Positions 49,353 through 58,812 of a stretch of 62,046 nucleotides of DNA are shown one piece after another. The notes under the pieces are model-generated. The model was not told the origin of the DNA. It searched no databases and worked only from the letters and a program-made list of their open reading frames with translations. Location: positions 1,858 to 63,903 of the forward strand of contig CAYXIX010000001.1 of the NCBI GenBank assembly GCA_964465405.1, in the 5' to 3' direction. Source of the stretch: an uncultured Parabacteroides sp. (GTDB taxonomy: Bacteria; Bacteroidota; Bacteroidia; Bacteroidales; Tannerellaceae). Position numbers and translations under genes: made by a program. How positions within the stretch are numbered: the first letter of the stretch is position 1; each line of letters opens with the position of its first letter.

Positions 49353-50624
49353 ATGATTCAAGATTTACAAATGCGTCCGTTTGTCCGCCCGTTATTGATA
49401 TGGGTAGGAGGGATTATATGGCAAGTGTTTTTCCCGGTTCCTTCTTTTGTGATAGGTTGTCTGCTTTTTGTGGTAGGGGGTGTATTGCTCTTCTCTATGG
49501 GGGTGGCAGGCAAAAACGTGCGCTTTGTGTTTCATGCGCGGTGGCTTTGGGGAGCTGTGTTTGTTTCGCTTTTGTTATTTCTTTCCATTCAGAAAACCGC
49601 TTATTCGCAGTGGAAAGAAGTATCGGCAATTGTGCCGGTTTGCGTGACGCAGTTTGCTAAAGAAGCTCAGCAGCATTTGTTGGCGCCGGTAGACAAACTG
49701 CGTTTGACCGGCGAAGAGAAATCTGTCTTGGCTACTCTCACGTTAGGAGCGCGTGAATGGATGGACCGGGATGTCAGGGAGCGTTTCTCGGTAACCGGTG
49801 TGGCACATATTCTTTCCGTAAGCGGCTTTCATGTTGCAATCGTTTCTTCTTTCCTTGCATTTTTGCTCTCTTTTCTTCCGCGAACTGGATGGGGAGATGG
49901 GGTGCGTTATGTTTTGTCTGTCATATCGTTGTGGTTCTTTGTGTTTATGACCGGGTTGGAAGCGGCTTCTATACGTTCGGCCTTGATGCTGACGTTATAT
50001 CTGACTGGTAGTCGATTAAAGCGGCCGACTGACCGCTACAATATCTGGGCTGCATCTGCCTTTTGCATGTTGACATACGAGCCTTTTTACCTTTTCGACA
50101 TTGGTTTTCAGCTAAGTTATTTGGCAGTCTGGTCGATTCTCTATTTTCAACCTCGTATGCAGGGATGGTTTCCGGCACGGAACCCTTTTTTCAAAATGAT
50201 AGGGGATGGCATTACGGTGACGCTCGCTGCGCAGGCGGGGACGACTTTTCTGTGTCTTTATTACTTCGGTCAATTTTCTACAGTCTTCTTATTGACCAAT
50301 TTGCCCCTTGCTTTTCTTTCTTCTTTGTTGATTCCGATAGGTTTGCTATGGATGTTATTGCCGGAATGGCTGCCCGGCTATCCTGTTTTGCAACTTGCAG
50401 TCGAGGGATTGACCCGTGCCCTCTTCGGCGTGGTCGATGCATTCAGCAACGTGCCCGGTGCATCGCTGAATATGGCATTTGACGAATTTGATTTGGTTGC
50501 AGCATACGGCGCAATGGCTTTCGGTATGTTGTATTTTCGCGATGGCCGAAAGATTTGGCTTTTCCTCTTGTTGCTTATATTGCTGGCGATATCGGTAAGA
50601 CGGTTAATTCATCTTTTTATTTAG
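49353..50624 (+). CDS. comEC: ComEC/Rec2 family membrane protein (short form)
   Basis: GVAHILSVSGFHV, RSALM, DIGFQLSY, TLAAQ; multi-TM. Confidence 0.82.
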   Translation: MIQDLQMRPFVRPLLIWVGGIIWQVFFPVPSFVIGCLLFVVGGVLLFSMGVAGKNVRFVFHARWLWGAVFVSLLLFLSIQKTAYSQWKEVSAIVPVCVTQFAKEAQQHLLAPVDKLRLTGEEKSVLATLTLGAREWMDRDVRERFSVTGVAHILSVSGFHVAIVSSFLAFLLSFLPRTGWGDGVRYVLSVISLWFFVFMTGLEAASIRSALMLTLYLTGSRLKRPTDRYNIWAASAFCMLTYEPFYLFDIGFQLSYLAVWSILYFQPRMQGWFPARNPFFKMIGDGITVTLAAQAGTTFLCLYYFGQFSTVFLLTNLPLAFLSSLLIPIGLLWMLLPEWLPGYPVLQLAVEGLTRALFGVVDAFSNVPGASLNMAFDEFDLVAAYGAMAFGMLYFRDGRKIWLFLLLLILLAISVRRLIHLFI

Positions 50625-52393
50625 AGTTTCTTTTTCAATGTGAAGAAGAATGTCATGCCATTTCCGATGCCGCTTTTGCAGGATATTTGTCCTTTGTGGA
50701 AGTTTACGGCGTTCTTGACGATGGAAAGACCGAGTCCGGTGCCGCCCATTTTGCGGCTACGGCCTTTATCCACGCGGTAAAAACGCTCGAAGATGCGGTT
50801 GACATGCTCGTCCGAGACGCCGATGCCGTTGTCGGAGAAGCTGAAGTAGTAAAATTTCGGGTCTTCCTTGTAGCAACTTACTGTAATGTGGATTCCCTTG
50901 CCGGCATACGCTATCGCATTGTCATAAAGGTTGCGGAAAATAGAGTAAAGGAGCGAGTGGTTGCCATGTATCGTCGGATTGCCGGGTAGGATGATTTCCG
51001 TCGTGATGTGACGCTCTTCAATTTCTTTCGAACACTCTTTATCGATTTCACTGATCAGTTTGGGGATGTTGATATCTGATAACTCAAACATTTCAGAGGC
51101 TTCGTCGAGATGGTTCAGCACCGAAATGTCGCGTACAAGCCCGGTCAGTCGTGTGCTCTGCGAATAGCAGCGCTCGAGGAAGAAGCGGCGTTTTTCTTCC
51201 GGCAGTTCCGAGTTCTCGATGATGGTTTCCAGATAGCCTTGAATGCTGCTGACGGGCGTTTTTAGTTCGTGCGCGACGTTTTGCGTCAGCTGGCGTTTGA
51301 TGCGGCTTTTTTCTTCTTGCTCAGAGATGTCGTTGATAGACAGTTCGTAGCTATTATCAAGGAAAAGGATGCACTCGACGAGGAATATCTTTCCGTTTTT
51401 GTCAATCGTGACCGATTCGCGCAAGACCTTGCGTTTCCGGTTTGGATTGGGGATGTTGCGGTTCAAGAAGTCGCGTATCGATTCCAACTCGGGGATGTCG
51501 ATAACATCTTCCGACTGTCTGATTTGTGTATCCGATATTACATTGGTGAATTGTACGAAAAGAATATTTGATAAGATTTCGCGTCCTTCGGGTGTGAACA
51601 TGGCGAAACCTTCTTTTGCATATTGGAAATGCTTGATGAGCTTTTCGCGTTCCATCGACAGTTCGTTCTTCGCTTTTTGCTGGCGATGATAAAGTGAGAC
51701 GATGTTCTGTGAGATGTCGCCCAGTTCGTCGTTAGGGAAAGCGTATTCACTTTCTGGTGGAATGCGTTCTTTTTCGACGTTCAGTGCGAAATCGCGCAGT
51801 TTGGAAATTGTTCGCCCGATGCTGAATGTGAAACGCGAAAGGACAAAGAAGAAAATCAACGTCATCACAGCCATGAAGTAGATGAAGTCTTTGTTTATTG
51901 TCATTACACGCTGTGTATAAGGATCCCACGGAAGGGCAGACCGGTAAATATAACCGCCGATGTTTGTGGCAGCATAGAAATAACGTTTACCGGTCGATGC
52001 AGACTTGCGGATGGCGAATCCTTCATTTTTGAGACGTGCTTTGCGTACCTCTATACGGTCGTTATGGTTATTCAATTCATCGGCATCACTGTTGTCAAAC
52101 AATACGTTACCGTCTGTGTCAATAATGGTAACCCGCAAATCTTTTTGCGGAATTTCGTTGATGAAACGGGTGACAGCTTCCCTTTGGTCGGTTGTCTTGG
52201 TGGTCCGATGGAAAAGCTGATAATTATAGTTACCAAGTATGCTGCTCAGTTTTTCTTGATTAAATTCCCGTTCCCGTTGATATTGGAACAGCAGGAAACA
52301 AACCGTGAATCCTAAAAACATGGCGAAAATCGACCAAAATAGCCGTTGGTGGAAAGGAATGCGATTCTTTGTTGCCGATTCGATTGTAACCAT
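50621..52393 (-). CDS. Sensor histidine kinase (RprX-like)
   Basis: Two TM helices, HAMP-like linker, AHELKTP, NLYDNAI, DNGIG, GTGLGL. Confidence 0.9.
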   Translation of the reverse strand: MVTIESATKNRIPFHQRLFWSIFAMFLGFTVCFLLFQYQREREFNQEKLSSILGNYNYQLFHRTTKTTDQREAVTRFINEIPQKDLRVTIIDTDGNVLFDNSDADELNNHNDRIEVRKARLKNEGFAIRKSASTGKRYFYAATNIGGYIYRSALPWDPYTQRVMTINKDFIYFMAVMTLIFFFVLSRFTFSIGRTISKLRDFALNVEKERIPPESEYAFPNDELGDISQNIVSLYHRQQKAKNELSMEREKLIKHFQYAKEGFAMFTPEGREILSNILFVQFTNVISDTQIRQSEDVIDIPELESIRDFLNRNIPNPNRKRKVLRESVTIDKNGKIFLVECILFLDNSYELSINDISEQEEKSRIKRQLTQNVAHELKTPVSSIQGYLETIIENSELPEEKRRFFLERCYSQSTRLTGLVRDISVLNHLDEASEMFELSDINIPKLISEIDKECSKEIEERHITTEIILPGNPTIHGNHSLLYSIFRNLYDNAIAYAGKGIHITVSCYKEDPKFYYFSFSDNGIGVSDEHVNRIFERFYRVDKGRSRKMGGTGLGLSIVKNAVNFHKGQISCKSGIGNGMTFFFTLKKKL

Positions 52394-52403
52394 TTTCTTT
52401 CTT

Positions 52404-53090
52404 TTAACCTTCGAAACAATATCCGAAACCAAGCCGTGTGACAATATTCTTCCCGTAAGGCCCTATTTTCTTGCGCAGCCGGGTGATATTTACGTCGATG
52501 GTGCGGTCTAACACGTACACCTCGTCTTTCCAAATGCGGGAAAGGATTTCTTCACGTGAGAAAACATTCCCTTTGTTTTCCAGAAGGAGACGGAGTATTT
52601 CGAATTCCTTTTTGGTAAGTGGAACCGGTTGCCCGTCAATGGTGGCTTTGATACGTTTGATGTCGAGCGAAAGGGTTTCATACTCGAGGAGGTCGTTATC
52701 CTGTTGCTTTTCTTTGTCTGTTGTCCGGCGTAAGACTGCTTTTACGCGAGCGATAACTTGCCGGATAGAAAAGGGTTTGGAAATGTAATCGTCTGCTCCG
52801 AGATTAAAGCCTGTCAGCATATCATTTTCTGTATCCTTAGCGGTAAGGAAAATGATGGGAATATTGGCTGTTTTTTCGTTTTTCCGCAAAATGCTGGCCA
52901 TTTTAAAACCTGACATTTCGCCCATCATGACATCAAGAAGCAGGAGTTGATAGGAAGTAAGATTCATTTTTAACGCCTCTTCCGCACTATAAGCAGTATC
53001 TACTTCAAAACCTTCTGTTTCAAGGTTGAATTTTAGAATCTCACATAAATCCTCTTCGTCGTCTACGACAAGAATTTTAGGTATGTTCAT
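52404..53090 (-). CDS. OmpR/PhoB family response regulator (RprY-like)
   Basis: VVDDE, LLDVMM, FLTAK, DDYISKPF, winged helix (RTIDVNITRLRKK). Confidence 0.92.
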   Translation of the reverse strand: MNIPKILVVDDEEDLCEILKFNLETEGFEVDTAYSAEEALKMNLTSYQLLLLDVMMGEMSGFKMASILRKNEKTANIPIIFLTAKDTENDMLTGFNLGADDYISKPFSIRQVIARVKAVLRRTTDKEKQQDNDLLEYETLSLDIKRIKATIDGQPVPLTKKEFEILRLLLENKGNVFSREEILSRIWKDEVYVLDRTIDVNITRLRKKIGPYGKNIVTRLGFGYCFEG

Positions 53091-53218
53091 AAGCCTGTAT
53101 ATATTGTTTCTTTGTTAATAGCTTGTTTGGATACGCAAACATTTTGTCATTTGCAAAGGTCGTGGTTTGTTGTTTCGCTCAAATGAAATAGGTGTTACAT
53201 TTTTGTTTCACCGGCCAA

Positions 53219-54064
53219 TCAGATTGCGACATCCTGCCATTTCCCGTTAATGAGTTCGCGTGTGGAGCGAAATCCGATTGCTTGCAACGTTTGGAAAGCT
53301 TCTTCCCGTCCGTCGTTGACAAGGTCCGGATAGTGGCAATCCGAGTTGACCATCACCGGGATTTTTAATTCGCACAGTCGGTGCAGGTAACTTATATGGG
53401 GATAAAGTTCCCGTTTCTTTTGCAAATTCTTCGTGTTAACCTCGACCATTAACCCTTTTTCTGCAATTAAATGCAGACACTCTTCGAACGGCTTCCGATA
53501 CCAATCCGCATGTAAATCAAATCCGTTACATTTTTGTCCGTTCATGTAGATTTTGTCGATATGGCCGACGATATCAATACTACCGGCTTCTATCATTTGC
53601 CGGATGGAAGTAAAATAGTGGGCGACAAGTTTGCGGATGTTGCCGTCATAATGTTGTTTGATTGCTTGTTGGTAGGTTTCGAGAGCACCATCAATACATA
53701 CCATGTTTTTTTCAGCAAGCGGTAAGGCGATTGGGAGAAAATGAACAGAGCCGATGCGGTAATCAAGGGGCAACTGGCGAAAATAGGGAATCGAAGCGTT
53801 GTAAGTCTCATCCAAATAATCGATTTCCAATCCGACATAAATTTCTAATTGCCCGCTATACTTCTTTTTCAAGCGATCGATTTCGGCAAGATATTCCGGC
53901 ATGTCGTCTTTTGACATGTTCCAATTGGTTTCGAACGGGAGCGGCGAATGGGATGAAAAACCGTATGCCCGAAACTTATGCGCAAGGGCAAAACGGATGA
54001 AATTTTCCGGTGTGCTTCGCCCGTCGCAAAAAATACAATGACTATGGTAGTTACAGAGTTGCAT
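53219..54064 (-). CDS. PHP-family histidinol-phosphatase-like protein
   Basis: YHSHCIFCDG, GLEID, IGSVH, GHID, NSDCH. Confidence 0.85.
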   Translation of the reverse strand: MQLCNYHSHCIFCDGRSTPENFIRFALAHKFRAYGFSSHSPLPFETNWNMSKDDMPEYLAEIDRLKKKYSGQLEIYVGLEIDYLDETYNASIPYFRQLPLDYRIGSVHFLPIALPLAEKNMVCIDGALETYQQAIKQHYDGNIRKLVAHYFTSIRQMIEAGSIDIVGHIDKIYMNGQKCNGFDLHADWYRKPFEECLHLIAEKGLMVEVNTKNLQKKRELYPHISYLHRLCELKIPVMVNSDCHYPDLVNDGREEAFQTLQAIGFRSTRELINGKWQDVAI

Positions 54065-54138
54065 GAGATATGATAAGAATAAAGGCTATACCTAAACAAT
54101 GATTGTTTAAGCATAGCCTTTTGAAAGTGGGTTGTTTT

Positions 54139-55329
54139 TTATTTGATTACGTTCAACTCTTTTCCGACTTTGATGAATGCGGCAATAGCCTTATCCAAGT
54201 GCTCTTTTTCATGTCCGGCAGAAAGTTGGACGCGGATGCGTGCCTGTCCTTTCGGGACAACCGGATAATAGAAGCCTGTTACGTAAATACCTTCTTCTTG
54301 CATTTTGGCAGCAAAGTCTTGCGACAATTTGGCGTCATACAACATGACTGCGCAGATGGCAGACTGAGTTGGTTTGATGTCGAATCCGGCAGCTAACATT
54401 TTGTTGCGGAAGTAGTTGACGTTTTCCATCAACTTTGTATGGAGGGCATCGCTCTCTTTCAACATCTTGAACATTTCCAGACTGGCTCCGACAATAGCCG
54501 GTGCGACAGAGTTGGAGAATAGGTAAGGACGTGAACGTTGCCGCAACATGTCGATGATTTCTTTCCGTCCGGTCGTAAATCCACCCATTGCACCGCCGAA
54601 TGCTTTACCCAGCGTACCGGTGAAGATGTCAATCCGTCCGTAACAGTTGAATTGTTCCGCCACGCCGTGTCCGGTTGCGCCGACAACACCTGCCGAGTGT
54701 GATTCGTCGACCATGACCAGCGCGTCATATTTCTCTGCCAAATCGCAAATCTTGTCCAATGGAGCGACATTCCCGTCCATCGAGAATACTCCGTCGGTAG
54801 CGATGATGCGGAAACGTTGGGCCTGTGCTTCTTGCAGGCAACGTTCGAGGTCGGCCATGTCGGCATTGGCATACCGATAACGTTTGGCTTTACACAAACG
54901 TACGCCGTCAATGATAGATGCGTGGTTGAGTGCATCGGAAATGATGGCATCTTCGTCTGTGAATAGCGGTTCAAACAGACCGCCGTTGGCATCGAAGCAG
55001 GCGGCATACAGGATGGTGTCTTCTGTCTTGAAATAGTCGGAAATGGCTGCTTCCAACTGTTTGTGCAAATCTTGTGTCCCGCAGATGAAACGGACGGACG
55101 ACATACCGTATCCGTGCGTGTCCATTGCCTCTTTGGCCGCTTTAATCAGGCGGATGTTGTCTGCTAAGCCTAAATAATTGTTCGCACAAAAGTTTAAAAC
55201 GTCTGTTCCTGCGTTTACTTTGATGTCGGCTCTTTGGGGCGTAGTGATGATGCGCTCGTTTTTATACAATCCGGCATTTTGAATGTCTGCTAATTCCTTT
55301 GTCAGGGAATCTTTTAGTTTACCGTACAT
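54139..55329 (-). CDS. kbl: Glycine C-acetyltransferase (2-amino-3-ketobutyrate CoA ligase)
   Basis: [33 protein letters not shown] (PLP Lys). Confidence 0.95.
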   Translation of the reverse strand: MYGKLKDSLTKELADIQNAGLYKNERIITTPQRADIKVNAGTDVLNFCANNYLGLADNIRLIKAAKEAMDTHGYGMSSVRFICGTQDLHKQLEAAISDYFKTEDTILYAACFDANGGLFEPLFTDEDAIISDALNHASIIDGVRLCKAKRYRYANADMADLERCLQEAQAQRFRIIATDGVFSMDGNVAPLDKICDLAEKYDALVMVDESHSAGVVGATGHGVAEQFNCYGRIDIFTGTLGKAFGGAMGGFTTGRKEIIDMLRQRSRPYLFSNSVAPAIVGASLEMFKMLKESDALHTKLMENVNYFRNKMLAAGFDIKPTQSAICAVMLYDAKLSQDFAAKMQEEGIYVTGFYYPVVPKGQARIRVQLSAGHEKEHLDKAIAAFIKVGKELNVIK

Positions 55330-55471
55330 ACTCTTTTTTTGTTAGTGTTTATATTGGCAAAGGTCACATTTTTTTTGCACATATAAGGCAAAAAATACAG
55401 GAATTTCATACAAGGCGTTTTTATTCTCTCTACCTTTGTCTCGGAAAACTTAAAAAAAAGCATTAAACGCA

Positions 55472-56425
55472 ATGAAAAATGTATTGGTAATTGGTTCTAC
55501 GGGTCAGATAGGATCCGAATTGACCATGAAATTGAGAGAGCTTTACAGTGGTAATATTGTAGCAGGTTATATTCCGGGAGCAGAGCCTAAAGGGGCTTTG
55601 TTGGAATCAGGGCCTTCTGCCATTGTCGATATTACGAATGAACAACAAATTGCAGAAACCGTATCGAAGTACAAAATAGATACGATTTATAATTTGGCGG
55701 CATTGTTGTCTGCTGTAGCTGAAGCGAAACCGCAGTTGGCTTGGAAAATCGGTATGGGCGGTTTGTTCAACGTGCTGGAGGTCGCACGCGAGATGCATTG
55801 TGCCGTGTTTACACCAAGCTCAATCGGAGTGTTCGGTAATAATACGCCGAAAGACAAGACGCCGCAGGATACGATTCGGAATCCGCGTACCATGTATGGA
55901 GTGACGAAGGTGTCCGGCGAGTTGTTGAGCGATTATTATTTCATTCGTTTTGGCGTCGATACCCGTTCGGTTCGTTTTCCGGGACTGATTTCGTATGAGA
56001 CGCCTCCGGGAGGTGGAACGACAGACTATGCCGTAGACATTTATTATTCGGCAGCAAAAGGTGAAAAGTTTGTTTGCCCGATTAAAGCCGGAACATTCAT
56101 GGACATGATGTATATGCCGGACGCATTGCGTGCTGCCATCGAAATTATGGAGGCGGATGCGACGAAGTTCGTACATCGTAATTCGTTCAACATTGCTTCC
56201 ATGAGTTTCGATCCGGAAATCATTTATAACAACATCAAGAAATACGTTCCCGATTTCCAGATGAAATATGATGTCGACCCGCTGCGTCAGGCCATTGCCG
56301 AGTCGTGGCCCAATTCTTTGGACGACACCTGTGCGCGTGAAGAATGGGGATGGAAACCGGAGTATGATTTGGATTCAATGACGCAAGACATGCTTGCTAA
56401 GTTGAAAGAACGTTTCAAAAAGTAA
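55472..56425 (+). CDS. SDR/epimerase-type L-threonine 3-dehydrogenase
   Basis: GSTGQIG, YGVTK, PGGGTTDYA, QAIAESWP; divergent from kbl. Confidence 0.82.
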   Translation: MKNVLVIGSTGQIGSELTMKLRELYSGNIVAGYIPGAEPKGALLESGPSAIVDITNEQQIAETVSKYKIDTIYNLAALLSAVAEAKPQLAWKIGMGGLFNVLEVAREMHCAVFTPSSIGVFGNNTPKDKTPQDTIRNPRTMYGVTKVSGELLSDYYFIRFGVDTRSVRFPGLISYETPPGGGTTDYAVDIYYSAAKGEKFVCPIKAGTFMDMMYMPDALRAAIEIMEADATKFVHRNSFNIASMSFDPEIIYNNIKKYVPDFQMKYDVDPLRQAIAESWPNSLDDTCAREEWGWKPEYDLDSMTQDMLAKLKERFKK

Positions 56426-56526
56426 GAATAAAGAGCAAAAGAGGCTCTTGTGAGTTAAACATAGTTAAATAGGCTCATTTTTATGGATTAAGATTATGTT
56501 GTATAACATAAAATCTCGATATTTGC

Positions 56527-56598
56527 ATCGTGTTTTTCATGGTATTAGATTTAAGGTTAACAACAAAGATTGGCTGTCTGTGAAGATGGCCTTTTTTT
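56527..56598 (+). ncRNA. Candidate small RNA, copy 1 (paralogous family)
   Basis: -7-like GATATTTG immediately upstream; 37-nt core identical to copy 2; terminator GGCTGTCT-GTGA-AGATGGCC-T7. Confidence 0.65.
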
Positions 56599-56666
56599 AT
56601 GTCTGTTTCTGTCATGTTCTGCTTTGAAAGGGAGGGAGATAATCATTTTTTTGTTTGAACACCGAA

Positions 56667-56700
56667 AAGCCACTCGGATCCTCGCGGACGGGAGTGGCTT
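56667..56700. terminator. Terminator hairpin, probably for the minus-strand transcript
   Basis: AAGCCACTC...GAGTGGCTT with an A-tract on the left (U-tract on the minus strand). Confidence 0.65.
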
Positions 56701-56701
56701 C

Positions 56702-56752
56702 TTAAATATGAATGTTCTTTTGGAATAAAAGAATAGGGAACGTTCCATTCAT
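56702..56752 (-). CDS. Putative 16-aa small ORF (MNGTFPILLFQKNIHI)
   Basis: ATG..TAA directly followed by the terminator; sits at the 3' end of the structured minus-strand leader. Confidence 0.3.
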   Translation of the reverse strand: MNGTFPILLFQKNIHI

Positions 56753-56801
56753 ATTATGGTACTCTATAGCGTATGTTATATATGTGTTAAGGTAAGCCGT
56801 T

Positions 56802-57055
56802 AAAAAAGGCGTGCAGCTGTTGTCCCTTTACCAATCCTGAAGGTATCCCCATACCTCGTACTACTGATAATGTACAACAGCCCACGCCTCCCTTATGTAA
56901 AAAAAGAAAACGCGGACATTTTGTTGAACATTACCTCAGAGTACCATACAAGCTTAGGGATGTTTTCAGGATTGAGGCAATATTTTCACAAAAAGCCTTT
57001 TTGATGTCAAGGCTGTATGTCCAACGCTTTGGCTTCCTAACCATTGACTCCTATC
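56802..57055 (-). ncRNA. Structured cis-antisense RNA element with two mutually complementary terminator-ended modules (c4-like architecture)
   Basis: Promoter TATCTTTG on the minus strand at 57063-57070; stems 56912-57027 and 56808-56888 each followed by a U-tract; cross-complementary loops. Confidence 0.55.
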
Positions 57056-57394
57056 TTTCTCGCAAAGATAGCATTTATTGTGATAATCTGAAATTTAAAT
57101 GAATTTTCTTTTTCCTGTGATTCTATTTTCAGGAAATACCTTTTGTGTATTCTGTTTTTGCTGGAGCTTAAGTCTGTTTACTTTGTGTGTAACATTTTTA
57201 TATTCATAAAGAGCTGGAAAGCCCGGAAAAAGAGGATAAATGGAGTGGGTGTTTTTATATGTTAACATTTTCTCGATTTTGTATGAAGCTGTTTTTAAAA
57301 CTATGTCACAGAGGATTTTGCGCTAAATAGAGTCAAGTATGTGGAATTTTCAAGGGAAAGTTTGTGTTGTATAACATAATGTTTATATATTCGT

Positions 57395-57464
57395 ATCGTG
57401 TTTTTCATGGTATTAGATTTAAGGTTAACAATGAAGATTGGCAGTCTGTGAAGATGGCTTTTTT
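57395..57464 (+). ncRNA. Candidate small RNA, copy 2 (paralogous family)
   Basis: TATATTCG upstream; same 37-nt core; GGCAGTCT-GTGA-AGATGGCT-T5 terminator. Confidence 0.62.
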
Positions 57465-57674
57465 CTTTATATAGATTTGTGTTTACACAATGCTCAGGAA
57501 GAATATTTTCCCCTTTTTTATTCCCATAATAAACTGATGTTTAATAAAACTGAGAAAGATGTAACTTGCTTACATCCTTGAAACTACTTGTTTTATCGGA
57601 GTGGCGGCTGTATTTTTGCCGTGTCGATAGACGTATTTGTCTATTGATTGTGTTGTTTAAAAAAATATTGGAAG

Positions 57675-58124
57675 ATGAAACAGATTGAAGTAATTGCAAA
57701 AGCTGAAAATTTCAGTGCTGCCAATTTGGGCAAGATGAGCGAACTGGGTGATTATGTTTTAGAGTTGGGGCCGGGTGTACAGATTCCCGGTAAGGTTTTT
57801 GGTGGTGCCGTTGTTGGTGCGACTGGTGCGGAGTTCTCGTTCCAGCAATTCATGCCCGGAACGGAAACCGGATTTCTTCATACGCATAAGAATCATGAGG
57901 AGCTTTATTTCTTCCTTTCCGGTAAAGGCGAATTTCAGGTGGATGGTCAGGTCTTCAACGTGGAAGAGGGGAGTGTCGTACGGGTTGCTCCGGCGGGTAA
58001 ACGTTCCGTGCGGAATAACGGGGCGGAACCGCTGATTATGTTGTGTATGCAATATTGTGGCAATACCTTCACGCAAGAAGATGCTGCGGATGGGGATATT
58101 TTGAAAGACCCTGTACAGTGGTAA
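57675..58124 (+). CDS. Cupin domain protein
   Basis: FLHTHKNHEELY...GKGEFQVDG...VVRVAPAGKR; start ATG 57675. Confidence 0.87.
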   Translation: MKQIEVIAKAENFSAANLGKMSELGDYVLELGPGVQIPGKVFGGAVVGATGAEFSFQQFMPGTETGFLHTHKNHEELYFFLSGKGEFQVDGQVFNVEEGSVVRVAPAGKRSVRNNGAEPLIMLCMQYCGNTFTQEDAADGDILKDPVQW

Positions 58125-58145
58125 CGAAGTATCGAGGAATAGACG

Positions 58146-58184
58146 AAGGGGGTGCATAAAACGCAGTATGCATCCCCTTTTTTT
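58146..58184 (+). terminator. Terminator after the cupin gene
   Basis: AAGGGGGTGCATA...TATGCATCCCCTT followed by a T-run. Confidence 0.8.
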
Positions 58185-58278
58185 CTGTTTGAGCCTTTGC
58201 CGGAGGAGAAAAGTCAGGAAACTTGTAGCATAGAGCATATAAAAATGTTACCTTTGTTCGTGTTAAATCCATACGAAA

Positions 58279-58812
58279 ATGATACAGAACGAGAGAGAAA
58301 TACGCCATGAGCATGTGTTACAAGCTGTTCGCCAAATGATGACAGCTGCTCGTACGGCTCCAAAAGGAAAAGGAATAGATATCATAGAAATCGCAATGGT
58401 TACGGATGAAGAAATCAAACGGCTGTCTGAGAAAATGGTCGCCATTTCGGAGGAGACCGGTTTGAAATTCTTTTTGCGTGATGCCGAAAATATTTTGCAG
58501 GCAGAGGCACTTTTGATTGTCGGGACACGTCAGCAGGTACAGGGATTGAACTGTGGGCATTGCGGTTTCCCGACGTGCGCGGGAAAACCGGCTGCAACAC
58601 CTTGTGCGCTGAATACGGTCGATGTCGGGATTGCCGTAGGTTCTGCCTGTGCGACGGCGGCAGACCTCCGGTTGGATACGCGTATCATGTTTAGTGCCGG
58701 TCTTGCGGCTCAGCAGTTGAAGATGTTAGGCGATTGTACCTGCGTGATGGCGATTCCGGTGAGTGCCTCTTCCAAGAATCCGTTTTTTGACCGGAAGCCG
58801 AAAACAGCGTGA
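58279..58812 (+). CDS. DUF2148 / ferredoxin-like Cys-motif protein
   Basis: AARTAPKGKG, NCGHCGFPTC, DVGIAVGSA, SKNPFFDR. Confidence 0.8.
   Translation: MIQNEREIRHEHVLQAVRQMMTAARTAPKGKGIDIIEIAMVTDEEIKRLSEKMVAISEETGLKFFLRDAENILQAEALLIVGTRQQVQGLNCGHCGFPTCAGKPAATPCALNTVDVGIAVGSACATAADLRLDTRIMFSAGLAAQQLKMLGDCTCVMAIPVSASSKNPFFDRKPKTA

Noticed and set aside
56557-56748. 63-aa minus-strand ORF in the track
   Set aside because: It runs through two terminator hairpins and antisense to sRNA copy 1, and has no protein-like features.
56497-57464. The two 868-bp-spaced direct repeats as attL/attR or transposon ends
   Set aside because: Each copy has its own promoter-like box and terminator, conservation is modular rather than uniform, and no recombinase lies between them. 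Not fully excluded.
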